Virus record (IMG/VR): IMGVR_UViG_3300045988_012220
Coordinates: 32,001-96,000 of that record
DNA length: 64,000 nucleotides
Direction: 5' to 3' (one strand)
DNA from: a virus
A model generated the notes under the pieces. It was not told the DNA's origin and made no database searches. It saw only the letters and a list, made by a program, of their open reading frames with translations. The translations under genes and the position numbers were made by a program. Shown in pieces: positions 38,284-53,200 of this stretch (its first letter is position 1; each line of letters opens with the position of its first letter).

Positions 38284-41200
38284 ATGGCAAATTACAATTT
38301 ACTTAAGTCCCCAGCAGAGGACTATTTTAGAGGGTAGGCTAAAAAATTTGGTACAACATTACCAAATCAACGCAAATCCGTTCCTAATAAAAGGACTTAG
38401 GCTAATGTACCAAGTTATATATCAAGACAATCTGGTTCAAGATTAGAATCTGATATAATGCCGCATGGAGATTGGTATAAGCCTAGTCAAAAATCTATTC
38501 AGAGATAGAAAAACGCTATAGCTGAATATGACTGGAATAAACATATTGACAGCTTATACAAGCAGCAAGAAAGATCAAATAGGCAAAAGATCGATGCTCA
38601 AGACGACTCGGAAGGCTTACTTTCTGACACAGAGAAAGAGAAGCAATCTAAACTCGAAGAAGATGCCCTTCATCAGGAATATTTAAAGAGTCCGCTGCAT
38701 GCAATATTCGGTTCTATGGGTTCTCCTTTGACCGGATCTTATGATGGTCTTGGAGAAACATTATTTAATATTGGATAGAGAGCTGGTCTGTTCTCTGCTT
38801 AGTCTAGCGATCTTGGAATAGAAAGCACAAAGGGTAAGATTGCTCTCGCGCAAACAGACCAAGCTAAAGCAGATGCGTGGGCTAAACGAGAGCGATTAAA
38901 AAGAGATTTAAAATCAAAAGAAGATCAGTGGAACTATCTTAAAGCTAATCCTAAAGCTTAGGTTAAAGGTGATGCGTGGAAGGATACATATCTTCTCGGA
39001 TAGGATCTTCTTAAGACTTACGATTAGTTATAGGATAAAGACCTTAATGAATTAGCAGACGCGTACAAAGCTACATGGATGAAAGATCACACATCTATGT
39101 GGGAAGGGTTCTAGGCTGCTGTAACAAAGATGTTCGCTTCTACAAATGATACATTTGATGGTACTGGTAGATCCAAAGAACAAATGGCTAAAGATTGGCT
39201 TGATAATTATAATAAATAGTTGTCTGATAGATTCGAGAAAGCTCATCAAGGAATGAGTTTGGATCAAAAAGAGATTGAAGCTAATCAATTTAAAGCTAAA
39301 CGCGAACAGGATCTCAAGGATTATAAAGAAACTCTTGATGACCAAATGCGTAGAGCTTCTAAATGGAAGAAGTTCTGGAACGTCAGCAAACATGCTGAGA
39401 ATCTTGCAAACATACATGCTAATGATGACCTTTTAACACCAGATTATTGGTTATGGAATTTACCGCAGCAAATGGGTTCTTCTTGGTCTTCAGACACAGG
39501 TAATATTGGTAATCTTATCACAACGGCTGGTACTATTGGTTCTTTTGCTTTAGGCGCAGCTGGACATCCAGAAGCTGGTTTTGCTTTGTACAACGCCGCT
39601 AATGCAGCAGCACTCCCATTTAACTTACAAGGTGCATAGGATGAGAACTACGCTGAAATTGCTCAGCGTTGGACATAGAACTACCAATAGAATCTCAACA
39701 AATACGAAGTATAGGAAGCGTTCGGTAAAGCTTAGGGTATTTCTGCATCATATAAAGACTTGCAGAAGCAATCTGTAAAGTTCGCGATATAGAATGGTAT
39801 GTCTAAAGATGATGCTGAAAAGAGGTATGATTTAAAAACGCAGCAAGGTAAAGAAAAAGTTCTCGGAGACTATTTGATGGGCATTACTAAGAGTAACGAC
39901 CAACGTTTGTCTAAAGCTAAGCTTGGCACCACAAAGGGTCTTGAGCAGTAGTTTATGATAGATAATGCTAGAACCATGGGTACTGAAGTTGTGCAAAATG
40001 TTATATCATACGTACAGCCTGGTAATAGTCTTTCTAATCTATATCGACAAGCTGTATATAAACTTCCAACAACCAAACTTGGTGCCAAACTTGCTACAAG
40101 TAAAGCTGGTAGACTTGTAATAGGAACAGACTACGCTCTTGCTGGTCTTAACGGAGCTGTTGAAAGTAAATTTGCACAGGCTGGGCAGTATATTAATTCT
40201 CTTACAAGTACAGCTGGCAAAACTGGAGCGAAGATTGGTTCTACAACAATGGATATTCTTGGTGGTGGTGTTCTTGGACACTATGTTGGTGCTGGAGTTG
40301 GTGCTGCCGCAGGAGAAGTTGCTAGAGGAGTAAAGGGGCTTGCAAAAGAAATTATGCCTCAGGCTCTTAAAGATGCTGGCGTAATGGCTGGAGAGGCTAT
40401 ATCCAAGAAAGCTGAAGCCTTAGCAACAATGGTTGGCGCTAAAACATTAAAAAGGAAATTGTTAAAGGCGGCAGTTAAAAACCCTAACACAATGACTGTT
40501 TTAAAGATGCTCAAAAAATACGGAATTAATACTGTTAGAAGCGGATTGATAGACAGAGCATCTGAGGGTAATGAAGAAATTGTACAGCAGTTGAATGCTA
40601 ATGCTGCTGAAGAATTTGCTAAGACATATGGATACGGATCAGCCGATTTGCTTAGTCTTGCGTTCCAGGATATGGCTTATAGTAAAGAGGTGTCAGACTT
40701 CTATAAAGGTATGTTCGGCCTTGGTGAGTCTGAGCTTTACAACGATATGGAGATGTTGTCGAACTGGCGAGGCGGTTTTGCTATGGGTGGTATGCACCCT
40801 ATGGTAGCCATGAACATTTATCACGCTGTTAACGACATTAAGAATACTGTACAAGTAAAAGACGCCATAATGCATAGTGCACTTCTTGATAGAGAACAAG
40901 GAAAGATGAATAGAGCTAGTAATGCTGTCATCTCAGACCAGATCTCTAAGGGAAGATATAATTAGTTAACTACAGAAATACAGTAGCTCAGAGAAGCTGA
41001 TTTGAAGCGAGAGAGACCGCGTTTCGGTGAACAATATTGGAATGACTTACAGTCTAATGTGGAACGTATTTCTGCTCTCGTAAACAATAAATAGATTGAG
41101 CAACAATATCGCCTTAAAGGTATCAACAAAGGCACAGAGCAATACAATGTAGCTATAGCTGATAGAGCTAATATCGAGCAATAGTTAGCTGCCAATAGAA

Positions 41201-44200
41201 AAGCTCAGTAGGAAGCTGAAGTTAGGCTTCAGTAGATTTACGGACAGTAGGGTTATCAAAACCAGGTAGAATAGGCTGTAAATAGGCAGGAATAGTCAAG
41301 AGATCCTATGCTGACTGCTATAAATGCAGCTACAGCAAAGACTAAGGCTATTGAGTCTTACGTTAACAGAAAGGTAGAAGAGTATAAGAAGTCTCTTGAT
41401 ACAGCAGCTTTACCTCAAGAAGAAGTAGAAAAATCAGTAGCAAAATATAAAGAGTCAATTAAAGATGAGGCTAACGAATATGGTGAAAGATTTGTAGAAA
41501 ATTCTTAGAAGGAAGAGCACACTAGGCACGTAAATAACTTCCAGAGAAATTCTGAAGCTCACAATAGAATGAAAGCATTGCTTACACTTAAGGCTAAGAT
41601 GAACTCTATTGATGATATATTTAAGTTTGCTCACGATAAGCTTGGATTAAAGACCGTTAGACCTGATGCTAAATTGCTGTCAGCAAATATAGATAAACAA
41701 ATTTCTCGTGCAAAGCAAAGTTTGGCTAAAGCTTATAAGAATTTTGACGAGAAGTCTACCGATGAACAGACATTGCAATTCTTGAACAACTTTAGCGAAT
41801 CTATTGGATTTAATGATAATGAGATCCAGGAGCTCGAACAAGCTAAGGCCATGTATACAGCTAATGAATCATTACTTAACTCTACATTATCAATTCATAC
41901 AGAAGGTGTTACACGTGATGATAATGGTAATCTTGAGTATAATCCAGATGAGCTTAGATATCAGAGAAAGCAGGCTGAGTTAAAGTAGAAGCTTGGTGAT
42001 AAATACAAGCCAGAAGAGCATACTAGAGCTGCAGCTAAAGATGGATCAAAGAGTAAGCTTAATGAACGTATCACAAAGATTATTGATGCAAATAAACAGA
42101 ATGAAAATATCGACTGGATGTTGTCTGATATATATTCTGGAGACGCTGTAACAAAGCTTACAGAGGATTACTAGAATGATATGCTTAAAGCTGCCGAGGA
42201 AGATATAAAAGACATTAATACTCAAGCCAAATAGGCTGTAGACCCAACAGAAACTTAGCAAAAGCATGTAGCTACTACAGAGGAATTACAGAAACATGCT
42301 GAAGAATATAAGCGTCGTAGAGATAAAGCTAGAGAGCATTATAGAAAGAAGCGTAAGGCTAGAAGGAATAAAGCAAGGGTATCATTCTTACTTGGTTTTG
42401 ATGAACTCGCAATGCAGTCATTCGATGGGCTTATGGAAAACGCAAAGGTTGGCTTCTATAAGTTTGAGTAGCTCTACAATGATATAAAAACTATTCTTCA
42501 AGAAGAGACTGGATAGGATGGTGGGCCTTCGGTATTAGCTTTAGCAAAGGCGATGTATATTCGTCATTATCTTACATCTACACGTAAAGAAAAGGAGAAT
42601 ATGAATACTCCTATAGATGTACAATCTTATGGAGCACAGGTTGCCACACATGCTTCTCAAGATACATCGTTCGATGGATATAGAAAGGCTTTAAAGCGTC
42701 AATAGAATAGAGCTATTATACATTGTTTTCACACAACAATAGCATACGACGATAATGGCGCTCTACATGTATTTGAAAATATAGACGAGATAGACAGACT
42801 TGAATATCAGTCTCATTATCCAGAAATTGAGGAAAATGTAAATATCTCTGATAAATAGTAGATACTTGGATATCTTGCAGATAATACAGATAGGTTTGGG
42901 AATCAAGATTATTCTGATATAATTGATACAATATTTTCTCAGCCAAACAAAGAAGAATTATTATAGGGATTTGCGCATTATTTGGCATCAATAGATACAA
43001 CTTATTTTAATTCTCAATCTATAAGAGATGGAGAAACTATTAGAGAGCTTGCACAGGCTATAATGTTAGGAAATGACGACAGTTTTGCCGATGCACTGTT
43101 AGATAATCCGAATGGATTAGAAGATGCTAAGCAGTACGTTAAATCTGTTAGAGACAGAATGTTAAACGGCGGTCAGTATAGAGTGCTTGATACAGATATT
43201 CCTATTTATGGGTATGATGACAAAGGCAGAGCTATACAATCATAGGCAGATATTGTCCTTGTTGATAATGATGGATAGCTGCTTGTTGTAGATGTCAGGT
43301 CTTCATTTAAACCAGATCTAAAAACCAGAATGCTTGGTAATTAGAAGTCCAACGGTCGAGCTAAAGAAACAATGATCCAGCAGGAATAGAGATAGCTTCA
43401 AAGGTTAAATTAGGTTCTTTATGATACATTTGGCTCTAATATTGAAGGTACATACGTAATGCCATTCTATTACGATAGAACATCACGCGGAATTGCAGCA
43501 GAGCCTGTATTTAAAGTAGAAATGCTTGATTTTAACAAGCCTGTAACACCTTATTACAATAAGTCTAATGAAGATATATCTAATGAAGTTGTTAAACCTT
43601 TGTAGGATAAAGTAAATGAATTAAAGGAAGATTATCAGTAGTTGCTTGATAGTATCACAGAAGCTGGCGACAAGAAATACTCAGATTCTCATGCATTGCT
43701 TGATACATACAATATCTTTAAAGAAGGGTCAAATAAGGATGAATTATTGCTTCAGATGAGAGATCTTCACTCAGCTATAGAATCTATCCAGAGCTTAAAA
43801 GAAGACGCTTAGATGCGCTTAAATTAGCTCCTGTAGCCTAAATAGCACGAGAACACTGTGCCAGAATTCTACCCAGAAGATGCTTTTGATCACGTTATTG
43901 TAGATGAGCAATATTAGGCTGGTCTTGATACAGTTCACGAAATCTGTAAGAAGCTTGATACGCTATTAAGTTCTATCACGGATCTTAACATTACGACAGC
44001 AGACGAACGAGCTCAAGTTAATGAACTCATTTACTCAATATATGATGCCTAGACAGCACTTGATCAATTCTACGGCAGCGATCAGTTTAAAGTTGGTGAC
44101 ACTCTTCCGGAGCAAAAACTTATAGCAGCTGCTATTAACAAGCTCGTAAACAATAGGATGATGTACGGAGATGCTGCAAATAAGGCTTTACAAATGTGGC

Positions 44201-47200
44201 AGTCTCAATTTGCATCCAATATTGGCAATCCTAGCTTTACTTATTTCAACAAGATTAAGTCATTTCTTGCTACATTTGATGGCGAGTTTATGAATAGCCT
44301 TGTTGGTAATAAGAGCTTATAGAGATTCTGGAGTACAGTTATAAATGACTAGCTTAAGTTCTTGGCTGATAATGCAAAGAATGTACAGAAGACTAACACA
44401 GCTCTTGATAATGCGCTTACTGATACTATTTATGATGCAGAAGACTTTATTAGAGAATATAATCAGAGATTCCCTGTGGATCCAAACATTGATGATATAC
44501 TTGATGCAAACAGCGCGTAGAGTATCAACATGATTGACGATCAATGGAGAGAACTGTATAGTGATACTACTAAGCACTTCCCTGCATTCAGAGCTAAACT
44601 TGATCCACATTACTTCTCTATAGCACTTGATCCGCATTTGATTTATCCAGACGCTTCTGGGAAATCTGGTAATGCTGAGCTTATATGGAGAAATAATGAA
44701 GTATAGCTTAAGCTTACAGACTCTAAGGGAAGAACGATCTTTATGACATTTGATCAAGGTAATGATGCTGGTCCTAGAGGTGTCGATCCAGTATATTTTG
44801 CTAGAAAGAAAGCTGCAGATTCTGTGTTTGTATAGAAAGTTAAGTATATGCTCGACTTTATGAAAACGCATCCAGGATACCATATAAGCATGAAATTAAG
44901 CCGTTCTAAGGGCTCAATTAAGAACGGTGGAGAATTATAGCCTGTAAGTAAATTCTTATTCGCAGGAACGCTTAATTAGCATGATTTGTACAATATTACA
45001 TGCGATGCTGGTAATAGAATAGGTTTCCTTAAGGCTACGCAAAACGTAAACACCGGTGACGTAACGAAGATGGTATATGGTGGTCCAGAGCTGTCAACTT
45101 TAATTAGCGGATTTGATCTTGAATATGTAAAACGTACAGCTATAACACAATCTGGTAATATCGTATACTTCTACGATACTGGTCAGACTGAGAAGACTGT
45201 AGATAATAGATGCATTGGCACACCATTAATATAGCCTAAGTTTACAGCTGGCCAAGGCGGTTAGGCTAATAAGATTGCAGACCTTATATGGTATAAGTGT
45301 TATCAAGGCTTAAATGAGTATCAAGGTTATTCTATAGATGATTTACTTAAGTAGGTTCTTTATATTAAGGCTGATAATAAAGTATTAAATGAGAAATATA
45401 ACTCAATAGAAGGTCTTGTTACATTAGATCCAGCTAACAAGAGAGTTATTATAGGCAATGTCATTTACCCTACATAGAACCCTAGTGTAGACTACGCTAA
45501 TATCTATAACGCGCTGTGTAATATGTATATGACAAAAGACGCCGCATTTGTTCAGTAGAACATGCAGCAGTATATATAGTCATCACATAATAGTGTATTA
45601 GCTAAGCTTAACGCACAATATGCATCAGACCCTAATCTTGATAAAGTGGAACTTCCAAATGGTCTTACGTTTACAAGAGAAGACTTTACTCACGACGGTA
45701 AGGGTACAACTGGTCTTGGTTATATGTTGCGCAACGGTTATTTAATGTCGTACGCAGCTAAGTTGGAGCCACCTACAGTATATGTAGACAACGTAGAGCT
45801 TGTGCAAGATCATCCGGACGAAAGTGCTCAGCAAGTGTCTAAAACAGTTGCTAAACAAGATGTTCAATAGCAACAAAAGTAGGCTGAAGACACATTTATG
45901 GCTTTGTTCTACGAACAAGATTTAAGTGAGTTTTATGGACAGAAAGAAAAACCTTCGTTTGCTAACGCTGTTGATGAGTGGGTTAGAAAAACCACTGGCA
46001 TTACTCCACAATGGGTTGAAAACGAGAGGTTATCTGACGTGGCCTACAAAAAGAATAGTGCAGTACTCGCTAAATGTACAGACGCTGTTATTCAAATATC
46101 TAATTCTGTTCCTTACACTATTGGATTCCACGAAGGATTCCACAGAGCGTTAGAACTACTTGTAGAGCCATCTATTAGAGAATAGATGTATTCAGCATAC
46201 AGAAAAGCTCACCCAGAAGCTGCCACAGAAAGAGACGTGGCTGAAGGTTTAGCTGACTTATTTGTTGATTATATGCTTGGCACAAAAGATGCTAACGCCA
46301 TAAAGAAACAAGGATGGATTAAGAGAAATGTAAAGAAAGTAGCTAACAGATTAAGCATCTTATGGCATTATAGAAACAATGCTAAAACAGTTCTTACTTT
46401 GTTCAATGATATCAAGTCTGGGAAATATGCAGATAAATAGGTAAGTAAAGAACAGTAGGATAGGTTTAAAAAGCTGTTTGGCGAAGACTTGCATTATGAA
46501 ATAAATGGACGCAAATTCGATCATATAGGATCAGCTGCCGAGAAAGAGCATATGGCTAGAGCTCTTGGATATATTATAGTAAAGTCAGCTAAAGATGCTA
46601 CGGATATATATGATGCTGTACATGACTCTTCTGAACTTCCTATCAAATATATACCAATGAGAGTTATAAATAACCTTATTGGCGAGCCTGGTTCTGTTAA
46701 GCCTGTTCTGAATGGATAGTATATGTCTGTGAATTCGGTTACTCCTACACAGCAAGCGTTTAGAGAAGTGTTTTACGAAGAGTTAAACGATAAAGGTAAC
46801 ATTGTATTCCCTAATTTCTCAGCTATATCAAAAGAGGTATAGAAGTATCTTACCGAAATAATGGATGCTTATGACGGCAAATATCAGCATGATGACGATT
46901 CTGAGACAAGTGACCAGGAAGAGAATGATTATGGAAAGTCTATCGAAAGATACGATAAATCTGCATTCGAGTTCAATAAACTTGATTCTGTAAGTAAACC
47001 AGTAAAAATGTTCTTTGCCACAATACCTTACTACAAGTTTAATGATAATGGCAAACTTACACTTGATATATCTAAGAATATATATGGTATTCCTACATTT
47101 ATGCCTATTAAGTAGGTATTTAATGTAATTGTTAGCAAATTACATGATGTTAAAACACCTTTAGACTTATTAAATAGACTACAAGAGCTGTCTACGTAGA

Positions 47201-50200
47201 ATCCTATGTACATGGCGATCTATTAGAAGTATAATGATCTATACAATTCTATATATACATTTAACGACGATGATTAGCTTGAAAAGATAGACTTCGATAA
47301 AGAGGCGTTTATGATACAGATATTTACAGCTATCAAGGGTCACGAGCATAACTTTATTATTGGTAGGTCTATACGCGATAAGAATGGAGGCGTAGAAGTT
47401 AAAATATCTGATGCAAACTTCGATAGAGACGCAAGAATGTACCCTAAGCTTTGGAATTCATTCTTATCTTCTGGCCAATCTGGCTTATTATAGAGATCAG
47501 TTGGGTAGAATGGACAATTACTTCTTTCTACAAAGTATAACACAAATAATACTTAGGTAGATATGCCTACAACTGTAGCAAGAAATGCATTTAGATTTAT
47601 ATCTCAATTTTTCTCTGATTTACAGTCGTAGATACTGAATGATTCTACTAGCGAATTTAAGATAAACGGAAGAATTAGAAGCGCAGCGTCTAATAGTGAT
47701 ATCGAAGTACTTAAGGATGATATATGTAAAGAATTTAATATGCTTGGCATAAACTTTACTAAAGAAATGCTCGACCATATGCTGTCTACAAAGTATAATG
47801 GTGTTGGTAGAGAGGCTCTTAAGAAATGGATTACATCAACAGGCGTGTCTAACATTAACAGTTTTATTGATGCCGTAGGTAAAGTTGTGCAAACTAATGG
47901 TTATACAACATAGAAGGCTATAGACTAGATATTTAAGACTGGTTTTGTTAGCGAATTAGGTAACTGGGCTGGAGCTTACATGAAGATTACTACAGATAAG
48001 ATGTCTAATGGTATGGATGGTACTAAGCTGTATAATGAGTCACAGAACAATAGCATTAGCAATACTACAGAGAATCTTAATAGCCACGATAAGAATAATA
48101 TGGTAGTAAGGACTATTTTGTAGTCTAGCTACAATATCATGAACAACAATGGTGTAAATATGGGTTCTATTGTAGCAAAGCAATTACAGAACGGAGAAGA
48201 TTTCAATATTAGTATTTATACTCCTATTGGCTTTAAGTCTGATAATCGCGGTGACAATGGCTCAAAATATAGTAATCTTGCAGAAGCCGAAGATTATATC
48301 AATAAGTTCGCAATGCTTTAGAACGGATACTGTATATTCCCAACACTTGCCGACAAAGGTACATATATGGTTCTTGGTGGTATAAATATCCCAGGAATGG
48401 AGTTTGGGCAGTCAGATAATGGTGTTTATACTGTATCTGGTGCTCCGAAGATGGTATTCTTAGATAGTACGCACTATTACTTACAGCCTAATCAATCTGT
48501 ATTAAACTAGTTTATTGACTATGCTTATACAGAGCGTGAAGCTATACTTGATTGTAGAGAACAACTTGGCTTACCTGTAGATAATCCTAAAGGTTTACCA
48601 GTACTTAATGATGAAGATAAGATAATGAATTATCACATCGGTAAGAAAGGGAAATAGCCTGGCGGTATTCAGTTTAAATCACTTACAACACTTAGAGTGT
48701 ATGAAGATGGATAGATTAAACGTTACGAAATAAGCAAGATGTCTCCTGATGAATAGCTTAAAACTCTTAATGAGCAATTCTTCGACAGATCTAGAGAAGA
48801 GCAAGAATAGATAATGTCATTAACTCTTTAGGAGCAATATGAGAACGAAGTAGATAAAGCTGTTAGTCTTGGCATTGTTTCAAAGGATGAAAAGCTTGGT
48901 TATCTTGGGCTTAATAACATTAACCTCAATCAGAGCCAAATAGACGCCGTAGAACGCACTTTGTACGCTCAGATGTATAAGGATCTCACAGATAAAGGAA
49001 TAACACCTAATACGCAAAATTTGCAGCGTACAGCACATAGTATGGCTATTACTGCTATATTACAAGATGCAACGAATAGAGCTATTATTTCATCTGAGGA
49101 AAGTTTGAGATTATATATCGGTAATCCTGGGTTCTTTAAGAATGTAGAAGATATTCAGAAACGTATTGGCGGTCTTGTATCTACTGGTGATGACAACGTT
49201 ACATCTTTGTCAAATTACGACGGATCAGATGGAGAGCTTTATAGATGTGCTGAAATATCAGATTATGAAGTAGCTTCAAATGCTGATATTATGAGCGAAC
49301 TTCAAGAGAAGATGCGCGATGGTGAGCTTAGAGAAATTTATGGAAACCGTTACGGATTTAAAGGTGTTGACGATTTAGATATCGGTGCAGTAAGAGCTAG
49401 ACTTGTAGATGACTTTGGTGAAGATGCTGTTAAGAAAATAGAAACAAGAGCTAATAACTTCTATGAAGCCTATACGTGCGGCATAAATGTAGCTGATGGT
49501 GCATCTTATATTACAGCTGATATGTGTAAAAGAATGCTTAGAGCTAGAGGTGCATTAACAAACGACGTAGCTAAGGCTATTAACATTCTAGAAAGCTCTA
49601 ATAAATACTCTTGGATGGACCAGAAAGATGCATATAAACTTATATATGATAAAGTAAATCTTGTAACAACCAAGTATACCGCTTATGGATTTAGGGACCA
49701 TACAACTAATGGGAAGAAGGTTTCTAACTTAGCTGTACCATACTACAATAAGTTTGCATTGTTCCCTATATTCGATTGTATAGCTACTGGTAAGCTTAAG
49801 AATGTGTATGATAAGATGAAGGAAAGTAAGGTTGATAATCTTCTTATGACGTCTGCCGTAAAGGTTGGTCTACAAGGTCATTCTGAGTTCGATGGTAATA
49901 CTATTAGCAAGCCGCTAAATGTTTATACACAGAGACTTTCTGCGCTCCGCAGGCAGCTTAATACAGACCCAGAGGAAGGTGATGTTGTAGCAGCTGGTAC
50001 ACAGATGATTAAGGTTTGCTTGTCTAGTTTGCGACTCGATAGAATGTATGGCGATATGACTGGAGAATAGCTTAGAGATAAGCTTATGGGCTCTATCAAT
50101 AAACTTTCTAAACTTGGTGTAGATAAGTTTAAAGACAGATTCTATTCTAATGGTATTATAGACCAAAAGAAGCTTAGCGAATATCTTATAGAACAACTTG

Positions 50201-53200
50201 GTACAAGAAATGCTAATAAGAATCTTATAGACGCTCTTACGTATAATCCATAGACATGCTCAATGAATGCGCCTATTGCGTCTACTGCTGATGCAAGTTG
50301 GATGGAGTCTATGCTTATATCTGCAGCTAATAAAGATATTATTGACATCATGACTCCTGGTAGCTCATTTATTCAGAGATCAGTCTTTGCTATAGAAGGT
50401 AAAAATGGCGAAGGTAATATATAGGGACAGGAGATCTATAATGGTAAGAGATTATAGATGATAAATAAAGAGGGCTCTATGGATGCAGTAATATCTATAG
50501 ATTACTTCCAGGATATTCTTCCGAAAAACTTGTCTTACAACGAGGCTAGACAATGGCTCTTGGATCATAATATAATTGGAGAAAGTGCTACATCTAATAC
50601 GATCGGTTATCGTATTCCTACACAGGCTCAGTCATCTATACATGCTTTACGTTTTGTAGATGTTGTACCTGCTGTCAAATCCACGGTAATACTTCCAACT
50701 GAGTTTACCAAGATCACTGGTTCGGATAAACTATATCAATGTTCAAACCAGTATAATATAAAAAACTCCTTTAATTGCTGGGAACTCCATATCAAGTGGA
50801 CAATCAGCAGCCAAGCCCATTATGGGAAGGTTCAACGACTATCGAAATCATAGTATAAGAGAAACACTTATACGAAGAAGAGAGTAGAGTACACGAAAGT
50901 GGAAATGGGGAGCTTTTAGTATATGGTAATAGTATACTAATTGAAGATATAGTCTGATCTCATTGGTAACAATGAGTTAACAAAAATGTTTGATATCGAC
51001 CATCTTTATTTAGCACGTTATAACGTTAATGAGAGTGGTGGTTATGAATTTGATCCAGAAAGTGCAGAAGGATTACAGAATAGTATTATCGAAAGCATTC
51101 TTACAGTACTTAAGGATAAAAAGTCACTTAACATCTTGTATAAGTCTATCGATAATGATACTGAGCTTGTAACAAGCATAGCTGATGAAATCCCAGAACA
51201 GGGTAATACGAAGAGTGTAGCATACAACTTTGGTACATTACATGAATAGGTTACTCGTAAAAATGACTACATTACAGGTAAGACTGGTATCGGTCCATTT
51301 GCGTTGAATGTAACAAACCATATTCTTACAACATTATATGGCGTTAAATTTAAAGAGTCTAGCTTTACACAAATAACAGGTATTACTGGTTTTGATTAGA
51401 TTCTTGACGAAGATAATAATCAGATTTCATCTTGGTTATCAGCATTTATTAATGCCCACGTAGATATTGTGAAAGATCCATATATATCTAAGCTTAATGT
51501 AAACGGATTTACGTACAATATGATTAACTTGCTTGCTAGAAATGGCAAGGGTAAACAAGGTCTTTATTTCTTGTGTTAGCCTATAATTAGAGAGATGGCT
51601 AAAGCTGATATAGATACTAAGTCTCAGTTTACTAGAGATCCTAAGGTATTTAGATCTGCTTTCGAAATGAGGGATAAGAGATTAGCTGAAATATTCCCTA
51701 GCGTTACCGGTAAGACAATAGACGATTAGTATATTAAAGATGCTACAGAACTAAATAAATCTAAAGGCGAACCTGCTAGAAGGGCTGAGATAGTGAACTC
51801 TGTACTCAACAATATGGATATGCTTTAGAAGATAGCTAAGAATCCGGATTTAGTCTATGCTTAGACAGAAGAGGGAGAAAAAGCTAGAGCTTTCTAGGTT
51901 AATTGCTACATAGCATGGAAGTGCCTTGAAAAGTATTCTAATGCATTAAATAGTTTGGTACAGTACACTAAGATTGACACTCGTAAACAGGGTAAGAATT
52001 TCCTTGAAATGCAAGCTTATCTTAGAGGTTATGAGAATCTTACAAACCCAGAAACTGATTAGCTGTTTGATATGGATTCTATCAACAATCTTATACATGG
52101 TACTTGGATTGAGCAGAAAACAAGAGACGCTATTCAAGAACCCATGAGAGTTATGGCTGGACAATCATTCTAGGGTACACCTTAGTTTATGGAGTAGCTT
52201 ATCAATTTATCCGACGACTTTAAGTATAAAACAAACGACAGAGAGTCTGATTTACTTAGAAATGCTAAGACTATGAAGAAAATATCATAGGCTGCTAGTA
52301 GTTAGATTAAGGCTAGATATGCTGTTAGATTAGCTAAATCTTTAGGTATTGATATTAAAGGTTTGTTCGACGGGAATGCTACAATATTTGACAGACTTAA
52401 TTCTATATAGGCTTGCATACAGAGAGATGCATATGGTTTAGGTAGATTAAAGGATAATTATCTATTATCGCATCTCGCTCCATATATTTAGGATTAGGAT
52501 GTTTTCGTAAATGGAAAACTTACCAATAAGCCTAAATTTATAAGTGTTATTAATAGTATGGATGAAAGTAAAATGTCTGCTGATATGTTTATAGAGTCTT
52601 GGGAAGAACTTCTCAATGACCAATAGGCTAATGTAAGAAGATTTGCAAATGATCTTATATTGTATGCAATGCTTACATCTGGTGACACAAAAGGCTTTAA
52701 TAAAATAGCCAAATACATTCCTATGAGTTGGCTTGAAGTTAGACACGATGAGAGCACCGTACCATTCTCTGATTATATTAGGGAACAACTTGAGGCTCCG
52801 GAAATTGATCACGATCTTATAGCTTAGAACAACTATATGGATAGCGATTTGGTGAGCAGGGCTACATTCAAAGATTACTATTATGCTTTCAATGCTTAGT
52901 ACTCTCCTGCTGTAATAATTAGTAAGGATTCTCACGAACACGACGCTTTGTATATATCAGTACGAAATGATGGAGCGGTATATAGTGATCCAACGTCGTA
53001 CACATTGTATAAAAAGGTTGGAGAAGCTATGATTAATGGATCCAAACGTGCTGTATATGCGTTATTACCTAAGAGGGGATGGTCCGATAGAGATGGTCTT
53101 AATATATACGAAGCAGGTGATATTAATCTTAGTGTAAATGGCATTCCTATGAGTCAAGAAGTCATTGAAAGTCAGCTTGATAAACTTATGACTTACTTGA

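Noticed and set aside
50728-50853. The tail of track ORF 50458-50853 (KLYQCSNQ...) and the ATG starts at 16133 and 50986, treated as real coding features or an intron-encoded protein
   Set aside because: These are read-through into, or out of, the intron sequences. The intron frames hit TAA, and about 40 codons is too short for a homing endonuclease.
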